Below, one piece after another: positions 9,711-17,172 of a stretch of 64,000 nucleotides of DNA. The position numbers and the translations under genes are program-made. This stretch comes from Candidatus Saccharimonadota bacterium (GTDB lineage Bacteria > Patescibacteriota > Saccharimonadia > Saccharimonadales > Saccharimonadaceae): positions 63,148 to 127,147 of the forward strand of contig DAICXK010000001.1 of NCBI GenBank assembly GCA_027312225.1. The letters run 5' to 3'. The notes under the pieces are model-generated. The model was given only the letters and a program-made list of their open reading frames with translations, searched no databases and had not been told where the DNA came from. Numbering within the stretch: position 1 is the first letter of the stretch; each line of letters begins with the position of its first letter.

Positions 9711-9915
9711 TATTTTCATCAAAAAGTCTATGTACCGTTCATCCGAAAGCTTAACTCCTCGCTCTCGATTGCAGCACTGTACATATTTCCAACGTACCGT
9801 TGATCGGGTGGTAGGTCTTTACCCGCAGGATGGTTGATTCCCAGGGTTGACCGCAAACTTGCAACCACGTCACGCAACATCACTTCATTTCGTAGTATCT
9901 CAGATGGGGCTATAT

Positions 9916-10443
9916 CTAGCGCGTCAAGACATTTCGGCGCACCCATTCATAGAGGATAATACCGCTTGCCACCCCGACATTGACCGATCGGGTGCTGCCG
10001 AATTGTGGAATTGCAACCATAGATTGGCTCGCGGCAATCATTTCAGGGCTGAGGCCCGGTCCTTCGCCGCCAAACACTACTACACAGTCCCGTGGCAACT
10101 CTGCATCAGGCAGGCTTACCGCGCCAGGTTGATTGTCAATCGCAATAATGCGTCGCTCGCCCATTGCCGTGACAAATTCCTCGATTGTCGCATGATAATA
10201 AACGTGGAGGTATTTGTCCGTTGCCATCGCCCCGCGCTTGTTCCATTGACGACGGCCGATAACATGCACCGCCGCCACGTTGAACGCGTTAGCATTACGC
10301 ACGATCGTTCCCATATTAAAGTCTCTCGTCAAGTTTTCGACCGCAATCTCAAGGGCATGACGTGACCTATCGAGGTCTACGATGATGTCCTCTTCACTCC
10401 AGCCCTTATACTTGTCAACGACGTTTCTGGTGTCCTGTTGCAT
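9916..10443 (-). CDS. SpoU/TrmH-family RNA 2'-O-methyltransferase
   Basis: 175-aa ORF with SPOUT motifs (NMGTIVRNANAF, VFGGEGPGLS, IPQFGSTRSVNVGVASGIILYE). Confidence 0.8.
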   Translation of the reverse strand: MQQDTRNVVDKYKGWSEEDIIVDLDRSRHALEIAVENLTRDFNMGTIVRNANAFNVAAVHVIGRRQWNKRGAMATDKYLHVYYHATIEEFVTAMGERRIIAIDNQPGAVSLPDAELPRDCVVVFGGEGPGLSPEMIAASQSMVAIPQFGSTRSVNVGVASGIILYEWVRRNVLTR

Positions 10444-10449
10444 AGTTCC

Positions 10450-10459
10450 ATTGTAAACT
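10450..10459. promoter_or_regulatory. Overlapping divergent -10 boxes in a 22-bp intergenic spacer
   Basis: Minus strand: TACAAT (10450-10455), then 6 nt to ATG 10443. Plus strand: TAAACT (10454-10459), then 6 nt to ATG 10466. Confidence 0.5.
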
Positions 10460-10465
10460 AAGTGT

Positions 10466-11047
10466 ATGAAACTCTTGTCTGATCAAATCGACGAGCGCGA
10501 GCTAGCAATCATTTTGCGCGAGCTAGAGAAGACATTGATGGCAGACATCAAAGGTGACGTTGTTGAATTTGGCTGCTACGTTGGCACGACGAGCGTCCCT
10601 GTCGGCAAACGGTTAATGTCAACCGATAAAAAGCTGTTTGTCTACGACTCGTTCGAGGGCCTACCCGAGAAAACACATCAAGACGAAAGTCCCACAGGAA
10701 CACAATTTGTAGCCGGCGAACTAACTGCTAGCAAAAAACAACTAATCAAGAACTTCAAACAAGCTGGTGTGCCGTTGCCTATTATCACAAAAGAATGGTT
10801 CTCTAATGTTACGCCAGACCAGATACCAGAAACGATCGCCTTTGCGTTCCTTGATGGTGATTATTATCGCTCTGTCCTTGACTCACTAAGACTCATATGG
10901 AATCGTTTGTCGCCAGAAGCAGTCATTATTATCGATGATTACGCAAACGAAGCTCTGCCAGGCGCAGCTAAAGCCACTGACGAATGGCTGCGTAAGCATC
11001 CGGCTACAATACGTATTGAACATTCACTCGCAATTATCTCAAGGTAA
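10466..11047 (+). CDS. TylF/MycF-like class I SAM-dependent O-methyltransferase
   Basis: 193-aa ORF with GDVVEFGCYVGTTS (SAM-binding loop), FVYDSFEGLPE, LDGDYY and IIIDDY. This pattern is typical of the macrocin-O-methyltransferase family. Confidence 0.6.
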   Translation: MKLLSDQIDERELAIILRELEKTLMADIKGDVVEFGCYVGTTSVPVGKRLMSTDKKLFVYDSFEGLPEKTHQDESPTGTQFVAGELTASKKQLIKNFKQAGVPLPIITKEWFSNVTPDQIPETIAFAFLDGDYYRSVLDSLRLIWNRLSPEAVIIIDDYANEALPGAAKATDEWLRKHPATIRIEHSLAIISR

Positions 11048-11081
11048 CCACCTAGTGATTCACTGGACTCTTTGCGTATGA

Positions 11082-12086
11082 TTAGCGTGTAATTATTGCT
11101 ACTGTCGCGTCGTCATTATCTTTCCAATCCTCAAATGGCCATCGAATACTGGGATTAATCAATGACGTTAGGATAGCGTGTCGTGAAAGCTCTCGATGAA
11201 GCGGAACGTCGAGCGCACGAGCATAGGGCTGTACGATGTCGTTCCATATCTCCCAATCAAAACGCTCACCTGTAAATATGTCAGGATCGTCAAGCTCGGG
11301 ACTAATGACTTCGTTATAGTCCACAAGCTGCTTTTTACGCAGTTCAGCACCCGGTTGACCCGCCAAAAGTTTATGGATATTTACGACAAAGTTGCCGTCA
11401 TGCTCCCTGATGCTATCGAGTAGCAGGTTATCATCATGTGCTGCTAAAAGCTGACCACCGTACAACAACTCATTGCCACGCACCCAGTTTCCTAAAACAC
11501 CATCACTACCAATGTATACTTCTTTTTCAGGAGCATATGGAACGATCGCATGAAAATCAGCCATAGTACGGGGCGGTATACGACGAGTGGGTGTTCCCAT
11601 ATAGTTTGCTGGATCTCCCCAGCCCACCCACCGATTAATCTGCTGCTCGGCAATCACTTCCTCTTCATTAGTTGTCGTATCGTATGTCCAGATACCCGTA
11701 TCACCCACGTTCGTTACCTCAAGCAAACCGTTGCGGACCCGAAGTAATGCACCCATACATAGGCTTGCCTCGGGGTTTGCGGCCACCACCTCACCAGCCC
11801 GACGCATGATATCAGCACCTGAAATATCACCGTCATGCACGCGGTATTCGCGTCGTACCACATCTGCCGCGGTCAATGCCGCCTCCAGTGGTGATCCCAT
11901 GTCTTTTGTGCCACCCGCGCCATCAAATACACCGATAACACCGTATTCCGGTAGCACCACGGCCGCATCTTCGCCTACCGCTACAACTTCATTATCCACC
12001 TCAGATGCATCACCGTTAATTGGCCGTCCTACAAGAGTGTACTGTTCGCCGCTCGCAAATGCACCTTCTTTCGTAAGAAACTTCAT
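11082..12086 (-). CDS. PP2C/SpoIIE-like metal-dependent phosphatase (about 334 aa, with a long insertion)
   Basis: PP2C-like motifs GVFDGAGG, VTNVGDTG, YIGSDGV and C-terminal DNDDATVAI. Start placed at ATG 12086 (MKFLTKEG), 7 nt after the upstream stop. Last gene of a 4-gene operon. Confidence 0.6.
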   Translation of the reverse strand: MKFLTKEGAFASGEQYTLVGRPINGDASEVDNEVVAVGEDAAVVLPEYGVIGVFDGAGGTKDMGSPLEAALTAADVVRREYRVHDGDISGADIMRRAGEVVAANPEASLCMGALLRVRNGLLEVTNVGDTGIWTYDTTTNEEEVIAEQQINRWVGWGDPANYMGTPTRRIPPRTMADFHAIVPYAPEKEVYIGSDGVLGNWVRGNELLYGGQLLAAHDDNLLLDSIREHDGNFVVNIHKLLAGQPGAELRKKQLVDYNEVISPELDDPDIFTGERFDWEIWNDIVQPYARALDVPLHRELSRHAILTSLINPSIRWPFEDWKDNDDATVAIITR

Positions 12087-12093
12087 ATACCTA

Positions 12094-13002
12094 TTATACT
12101 TCCTGTGATCCTCTTGGGATCTCAATTATTTCTCCATCCCAATCTTGCCAGATATATACCGGAGCTCTCGTCGGAGCATTCAGGGTACTAGCCAGTCGTA
12201 TGCGCCGGCCGTCATGCAAGGAGCGCTCTGACGATGTACCACGCTTGCCGTTCAGCACATGGGCGTGCCCAGACACCACTGTTTTGTTGGTGTGATAGAC
12301 AGGCTCGGTACTGGTCGCGAGCTTCATGCTAAACCACTGCGGCGGGCGATCATAGAAAAGTCCTTCATCCATCTCTTTGCTGACCTCATTAAGATAATTC
12401 CGCTGCACCTCCCACGAGACGTTCGGCAACACACCAGCGTGGGTGGCAATAAACGCGTCTGTCTCAAAATACGGCGTTGCACTGGCGAGAATAGCGAGGT
12501 GCCCGGCCCTGGCCATGCGCCGCCGAAGCTCCTTGGCTGTCGTATGATCTCGACGAGAAGGATCCATACCGTACGAAACTAAAACATTCCTTTCGATAGC
12601 AGTCGCCGAGTCATTGCCCAGCCACTCCTTGGTCAGCGACTCTCTAAAACCGGGATCATTAGCACTACTACTGGCATGAAACAGCCACTCATGGTTGGCC
12701 ATTGTGACTACCGCCCGACCACCTAGATTTTTTATAATATCCAGCGTCTTAAAAACACCTTTTTCCGGATCGTTGATAACCCCTTTCCTATCAAGAATAT
12801 CGCCCAAAAAGACAAACCCTATATCCGGATCATCATAATATCGGTCGACGATTTCTCCCAATACCTCATGTTCGCCATGAATGTCAGGCACAACAACGTG
12901 ACGATCAGCATACTGATCACGCACCAGGTGAAGTTTTGGTTGCGGTCTTTGAGGGAGTACCTCGAAATGTGAAGGTGCGATTCGCTCAAGCGCGAGACTC
13001 AT
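12094..13002 (-). CDS. PPP/ApaH-type calcineurin-like metallophosphoesterase (about 302 aa)
   Basis: Motifs VPDIHGE (DxH), FLGDILDRKG (GDxxDR), MANHEW (GNHE), THAG, SGHAHV (GHxH). GGAGG lies 6 nt upstream of ATG 13002. Overlaps the upstream HD gene by 17 nt. Confidence 0.75.
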   Translation of the reverse strand: MSLALERIAPSHFEVLPQRPQPKLHLVRDQYADRHVVVPDIHGEHEVLGEIVDRYYDDPDIGFVFLGDILDRKGVINDPEKGVFKTLDIIKNLGGRAVVTMANHEWLFHASSSANDPGFRESLTKEWLGNDSATAIERNVLVSYGMDPSRRDHTTAKELRRRMARAGHLAILASATPYFETDAFIATHAGVLPNVSWEVQRNYLNEVSKEMDEGLFYDRPPQWFSMKLATSTEPVYHTNKTVVSGHAHVLNGKRGTSSERSLHDGRRIRLASTLNAPTRAPVYIWQDWDGEIIEIPRGSQEV

Positions 13003-13714
13003 TACCACCCTCCATTTCAATAGTCGAGCCTTCAACCGCCTTATGAGGAACGCCTTCCCGTATGATAGTTTGAATACCCGAGTATTTCACGGCATACGCA
13101 GCCAACGTTGCATATGATTGGGTTTGCATCGCAGACTCAAACCCAAGTAATCCTCCAGCTAAGTGTTCAGTTGTCGGCCGATCAAACGGCAGCCTAACCA
13201 ACCGAGCAGCGATCGCCCTCCCCATGTACCCCGCCCGCATTGCCGTCGTATTATACCCTACATACTCAATGGCTCTGAACTTGTCGCCGAGTGTTTCGTC
13301 TTCTTTATCCAGGACCCTCCATACAGTGTCAGAAAGCTCTTCTCCTTCGTATTTACCAAGTAAATCTTCAGCAATCAGCCTGAAACTTACCTGTTCACGC
13401 CTATCGTCCTCTGCCGTCTTAAAGGGCAACGGGATATCCCCTTCAATCGCTTCACCCCAATCGTGGGTCATGGCGGTAACCAGCAGAGTGTTGGCGTCTT
13501 CTTCCGCAAGACCCTCTGCAGCACTAAAGCGCCCGGCCAGGCGGTGGGTATGCGGCATATGCCGCAGATTATTGACATCATCACCCAGAACATCAACCCA
13601 TGTCTGGTTGTCGATATCTACTGGCTTGAAATCAGCGAATCGTATACCGCGATCAAGTGTCTGACCGTAGTCGCTTCTCGAAAATATATGATGCAGCTGT
13701 TCTGGAGATTTCAT
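12986..13714 (-). CDS. HD-domain phosphohydrolase, YfbR-like 5'-(deoxy)nucleotidase family
   Basis: H...HD...D signature (HTHRLA; MTHDWGEAIEGDIPLPFKT), matching the HD_3/YfbR pattern HDxxExxxGDxxxP.K. The start overlaps the upstream stop as ATGA. Confidence 0.7.
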   Translation of the reverse strand: MKSPEQLHHIFSRSDYGQTLDRGIRFADFKPVDIDNQTWVDVLGDDVNNLRHMPHTHRLAGRFSAAEGLAEEDANTLLVTAMTHDWGEAIEGDIPLPFKTAEDDRREQVSFRLIAEDLLGKYEGEELSDTVWRVLDKEDETLGDKFRAIEYVGYNTTAMRAGYMGRAIAARLVRLPFDRPTTEHLAGGLLGFESAMQTQSYATLAAYAVKYSGIQTIIREGVPHKAVEGSTIEMEGGNESRA

Positions 13715-15102
13715 GCCGCGTTCCTTACTTCGGGCGCTGCTGGATACTCCCGAATCGTCAGCCCTGGCTCAAACTGCTCCCACGTTCTCTCGGCCTGAGG
13801 GCGTGGCTCGTACCACTTACCATCATAAAATGCCCTGTAACCATCGTTGTGATCAATCGCTACTTGCTCGACATGAAACGCACCGTTGCCTTCGGTGTAG
13901 TGGACGACGCCGATACCGTTTTGCCAGTTTTCTTGATGAGGAACAATCTCCCCATGCGTATCTACAGCATTATGATAACTAGGTACAGCCCCTTGTGTGT
14001 TTGCCAGGCAGCCATTACTGAATGCTTGAATCACCCTGCCGCCAAGTGTTCGCATTTCTCGCTCCATGCGGTGAGTATGATGGAACATGACCGACTGATC
14101 GGGAAATGCCTTTAGGTACTCCTGCGCAGTCGAACCGTTGTTCTTTGACTTGTCGCCATGAAAGGTGATCAGGCGATCATTAACGCGGTACATTGCTGCC
14201 GCATAGCCCGCGATATAATCTATATCGAGTGCTTTTAGTCCAAGTGCACGCTCGATTGACAACAGCGGATACCCTTCTGGGTCATCAGCCGGACGCACCT
14301 CTGCCAGATGTGGCGCGTGCTTCAGCCAAAATTTATCCCATCGCTCGACATGGTTTGACGATACCATTGGAATCTCTGCATTTTGGTTGTCGGCACGAAG
14401 TTGCGCCATTAGGCGATGTAATCCAAGGACGCTGCGGCGAACACTATGCGGACCCATGAAATGAGTTGAATCTGCATCAAAACGTCCAAGTTCTGGGAGG
14501 TCAAGCTCATCACCACCCGACACAATAACATCTGGTTGAATATCCTTTGTGATTTGGAGCGCGACGTCAATCGCGCGAGGGTCGTGCACTGGGGTAAAGC
14601 TGCCGTCACGATGCTCACGAAGTGCGTACTGTATATCCGGTAGGTCAACTAATACCTTCTCGTGTCGTACTTTTCGTGGCTTCGACTGCGTTTTTCTAAT
14701 ATTCACTGGTGGTGGAGTAATAATGAATTCCGAAAGGTCAACATCTCGAGTTTGGGGTCGTATATCATAGCGACGAGCCCGACTGGGAACAACTTCGATA
14801 TCATTGACTGTGTGAGATTTACCATCCTCACCAACCTCAATACGTTTTTTCTTTACCGCCGTCTCCCAATAAGAAAAACTTGCTCGCGGGACGCTGAGCA
14901 AGTCAAACGGTGTCAGGCCTTGGGCATTCATATCGTCAGCCAAAAGCTGCAGCTCATCAAGAGGGTTATCGATATCGGGAGCATCGTCAAGCGGAGTAAA
15001 GTCAAAGTAATGTGCTAGTAGACTCGCCGTTATCGCTCGTTTTTCTGGCTGATCCTCTTGGGATGTTTCTGTTGTTGTTGGCATGCGCTCTCGGTTTGAC
15101 AT
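13711..15102 (-). CDS. Calcineurin-like metallophosphoesterase with about 150-aa N-terminal extension (463 aa)
   Basis: Motifs GGDELD (GDxxD), SSNHVERW (GNHE), FHGD, FHHTHR (GHxH). Motif I reads DLPDIQ...VHD rather than a clean DxH. First gene of the operon. GGGAGA SD. Confidence 0.65.
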   Translation of the reverse strand: MSNRERMPTTTETSQEDQPEKRAITASLLAHYFDFTPLDDAPDIDNPLDELQLLADDMNAQGLTPFDLLSVPRASFSYWETAVKKKRIEVGEDGKSHTVNDIEVVPSRARRYDIRPQTRDVDLSEFIITPPPVNIRKTQSKPRKVRHEKVLVDLPDIQYALREHRDGSFTPVHDPRAIDVALQITKDIQPDVIVSGGDELDLPELGRFDADSTHFMGPHSVRRSVLGLHRLMAQLRADNQNAEIPMVSSNHVERWDKFWLKHAPHLAEVRPADDPEGYPLLSIERALGLKALDIDYIAGYAAAMYRVNDRLITFHGDKSKNNGSTAQEYLKAFPDQSVMFHHTHRMEREMRTLGGRVIQAFSNGCLANTQGAVPSYHNAVDTHGEIVPHQENWQNGIGVVHYTEGNGAFHVEQVAIDHNDGYRAFYDGKWYEPRPQAERTWEQFEPGLTIREYPAAPEVRNAA

Positions 15103-15176
15103 ATTGCTCTTTCTCCCTTTCCTCTAGCTTCACTGCTTACTATGGCGATGATGTCCTTAAACATCAGCCACTTGTT

Positions 15177-15202
15177 GTTGACTCAGGAGGCACTGAGTCA
15201 AC
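15177..15202. promoter_or_regulatory. Perfect 10-bp inverted repeat GTTGACTCAG-N6-CTGAGTCAAC (candidate operator)
   Basis: Lies centrally in the 190-bp divergent region between the phosphoesterase operon and the wHTH-Nudix gene. A TTGACTCAG half-site recurs at 16040-16048. Confidence 0.6.
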
Positions 15203-15292
15203 CCGTGCTGACTCGATTATGCTTGCCTTAACACCTCGGAAAAGAGTATCCTCGTAGTAGATACGTAAGAAACTATCATAGATAGAGGAGTT

Positions 15293-16024
15293 ATGGACCA
15301 CCGGTTTGACCTACACCATATCCAACGCGGCATTATCTTAAGCCTCGTCACAAGCTCCCCCCTGACATTCACTGAATTACAGCCGCCTCGCATTCCAAAC
15401 AACACCTTTTCGTACCATCTGAAAAAGCTTATCGAAAACGGCTATATCGAGCATGCCCCGTCGCAATCTGGATATATCCCCACTCGCAAAGCGCTGAAAT
15501 TGGTGGCAGTTAACGGAGACCAAAAGAGTCGCGTACGGTCGCCGGCACTTATCACGATGTTTTACATTACCAATGATGAAGGTGAAGTTTTATTACTTAA
15601 CCGTAACATTGACCCGTTCCAAGGGTGGTACAGCCTACCGTCAGGATCCGTGCATTTTGGCGAATCGCTCGACGAAGCAGCTCAGCGCGAGCTGTTCGAG
15701 AAAACTGGCATTAAGGCGACAAAAGAGCTGTACTCAATCGGCATCCTTGACTTCCAGTATCGCGAGGAGGGCACGGACGATTTGTTCGTTCATGCGCTGG
15801 CGTTCCTGTACAGCTTCCATTACTCCGATAAGAAAATGGCCATCAACGACAAACCAACTCGTTTTGGACAGTTATCGTGGTCGCGTCTCGGACGACAACA
15901 TATTCTCCCCGAAGTCCTGGCCGCAAAAGAGATCGCCCAAAGTAGTGAATTTATCAAAAAATCACTCCAGTTTGTCGAGCCGGCACACATGCCAGTGCTC
16001 ACCCTTTCGGACAGCCAGAAATAA
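15293..16024 (+). CDS. Winged-HTH plus Nudix-domain protein (candidate ligand-sensing regulator)
   Basis: The N-terminal ~70 aa look like an ArsR/MarR-type wHTH (FTELQPPRIPNNTFSYHLKKLIENGYIE). Nudix box GSVHFGESLDEAAQRELFEKTGI has the second Glu of the EE pair replaced by Lys. Confidence 0.7.
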   Translation: MDHRFDLHHIQRGIILSLVTSSPLTFTELQPPRIPNNTFSYHLKKLIENGYIEHAPSQSGYIPTRKALKLVAVNGDQKSRVRSPALITMFYITNDEGEVLLLNRNIDPFQGWYSLPSGSVHFGESLDEAAQRELFEKTGIKATKELYSIGILDFQYREEGTDDLFVHALAFLYSFHYSDKKMAINDKPTRFGQLSWSRLGRQHILPEVLAAKEIAQSSEFIKKSLQFVEPAHMPVLTLSDSQK

Positions 16025-16045
16025 CCTAGTCCAACTCTATTGACT

Positions 16046-16069
16046 CAGTCGTATATGACTGCTTTTTTT
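16046..16069 (+). terminator. Weak intrinsic terminator after the wHTH-Nudix gene
   Basis: CAGTC-GTATAT-GACTG hairpin (5 bp) followed by C and TTTTTTT. Confidence 0.45.
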
Positions 16070-16095
16070 ATATCCCTATGTGATGCTAAGGATGC

Positions 16096-16743
16096 ATGAA
16101 CGAACGAGGTCCACAACATACTATCTATCTTGATTTGGACGGCGTGGTCTTTCCCTATTGGCGTAACCATGGCCATGGCGAGCGTCTACGGGGAGCCGGG
16201 AGCGACGAGCTGCTGCAGGCAAACCTCATGCAGGAAGGCCTTAAAAGGAAGTGGATCGACGGTCGGGAGTTTTACTACCCTGCCATTACGAAGCGGCTTG
16301 GTGTAATTGCTGCACGAGGAGCAGAGATTATCGGGTCATCGTCCCGGTCTCTCGATTTGTTTCTCCATTATCCGTCCGTCCGAGACGATCTTGGCGATGT
16401 CGAGCGGTTCCTCAGTATCGACACCTTTGAACCAGGGAGAATCGACCATAAAGCAGAGGCAGTGGTAAAGAACTGGCAAGGGGTTATTGACCTTAGTAAC
16501 GAGCGACGTGGCTGGGAGCGACAGCCATCCTTACGCATTGATTACCCCACCAGCAAGCCCCCCGGCAGTCGAGCGGTGTGGATTGACGACCATGCTATGC
16601 CGAAGATTCTTGCAAGTTCACCATCAGAGTACGGAAAAGAAGCCCTGTCTATATCATCGCTAAAAATTATTAATCCACTCGGTACCGTTGGGCTGACGAT
16701 GGCGCAGCTGGACGAAGCCGAGGGTTTTCTGTTTAACGAATAG
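16096..16743 (+). CDS. HAD-superfamily-like hydrolase (215 aa)
   Basis: Motif I IYLDLDGVV (DxDxV), candidate motif II IIGSSSR and motif IV VWIDDH. The remainder is not recognisable. Confidence 0.45.
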   Translation: MNERGPQHTIYLDLDGVVFPYWRNHGHGERLRGAGSDELLQANLMQEGLKRKWIDGREFYYPAITKRLGVIAARGAEIIGSSSRSLDLFLHYPSVRDDLGDVERFLSIDTFEPGRIDHKAEAVVKNWQGVIDLSNERRGWERQPSLRIDYPTSKPPGSRAVWIDDHAMPKILASSPSEYGKEALSISSLKIINPLGTVGLTMAQLDEAEGFLFNE

Positions 16744-16749
16744 TCAATC

Positions 16750-17169
16750 ATGGAAAAATATGTCCCGCGAGAAATAGCAAAAGAACGAGCAACCCTGTCT
16801 CTTCCTGAATGTGTCGCCCGGGCAGACGAACTGATTGAAAAAAATGGCATCTGCCTTATGCTCATGGACATCATCGGTTCGCGAAGGTTTTTTCACGATT
16901 CGCAGTTTCGTAGAGATTTTTTAGTCCTGACAAGTGACCTTAGCTATTTGTTCGAGGAATATCTGCCCGAACACAGCCTAATTGTCGCCGACAGACCAGA
17001 GCAAGGATTCAATATCCTATTAGGTGACGGAGTAGCAGCGGGCATCAACAGCAGCGTAGTCATCCCGCTTGCCGTCGAATATACAGAAACGTTTTATCCG
17101 CACATTCCCTTCCGCTACGGAGTCGCCGAGGATGGCTGGGACAGGCCAAACATTGCGCTTTTAAAGTAA
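16750..17169 (+). CDS. Small protein with SatD-like / nucleotide-cyclase-like motifs (139 aa)
   Basis: LMLMDIIGSRRF ... FNILLGDGVAAGI resembles the SatD pattern (GDIIxSR ... ITLGDEFQG) and the class III cyclase D-I-x-G / GD metal-site pattern. Starts 6 nt after the upstream stop. Confidence 0.3.
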   Translation: MEKYVPREIAKERATLSLPECVARADELIEKNGICLMLMDIIGSRRFFHDSQFRRDFLVLTSDLSYLFEEYLPEHSLIVADRPEQGFNILLGDGVAAGINSSVVIPLAVEYTETFYPHIPFRYGVAEDGWDRPNIALLK

Positions 17170-17172
17170 AAA

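Noticed and set aside
9570-9720. T-box riboswitch upstream of hisS (and of tyrS at 27241-27300)
   Set aside because: The leaders are only about 125 nt (hisS) and 28 nt (tyrS). I could not find the conserved T-box sequence (AAnnnGGGUGGUACCGCG-like) or a specifier-loop architecture. The hisS leader is better explained by the mini-ORF attenuator.
9728-9946. 72-aa minus-strand ORF between the trmH-like gene and the hisS leader
   Set aside because: It was not called as a gene. It overlaps the trmH-like 3' end, has only a weak start signal and no recognisable motif. It is kept as an open question in the findings.
15178-15183. TTGACT in the palindrome arms acting as functional -35 hexamers of the divergent promoters
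   Set aside because: No acceptable -10 hexamer lies 16-18 nt downstream on either strand. The arms are reported only as a candidate operator and the true promoters remain unassigned.
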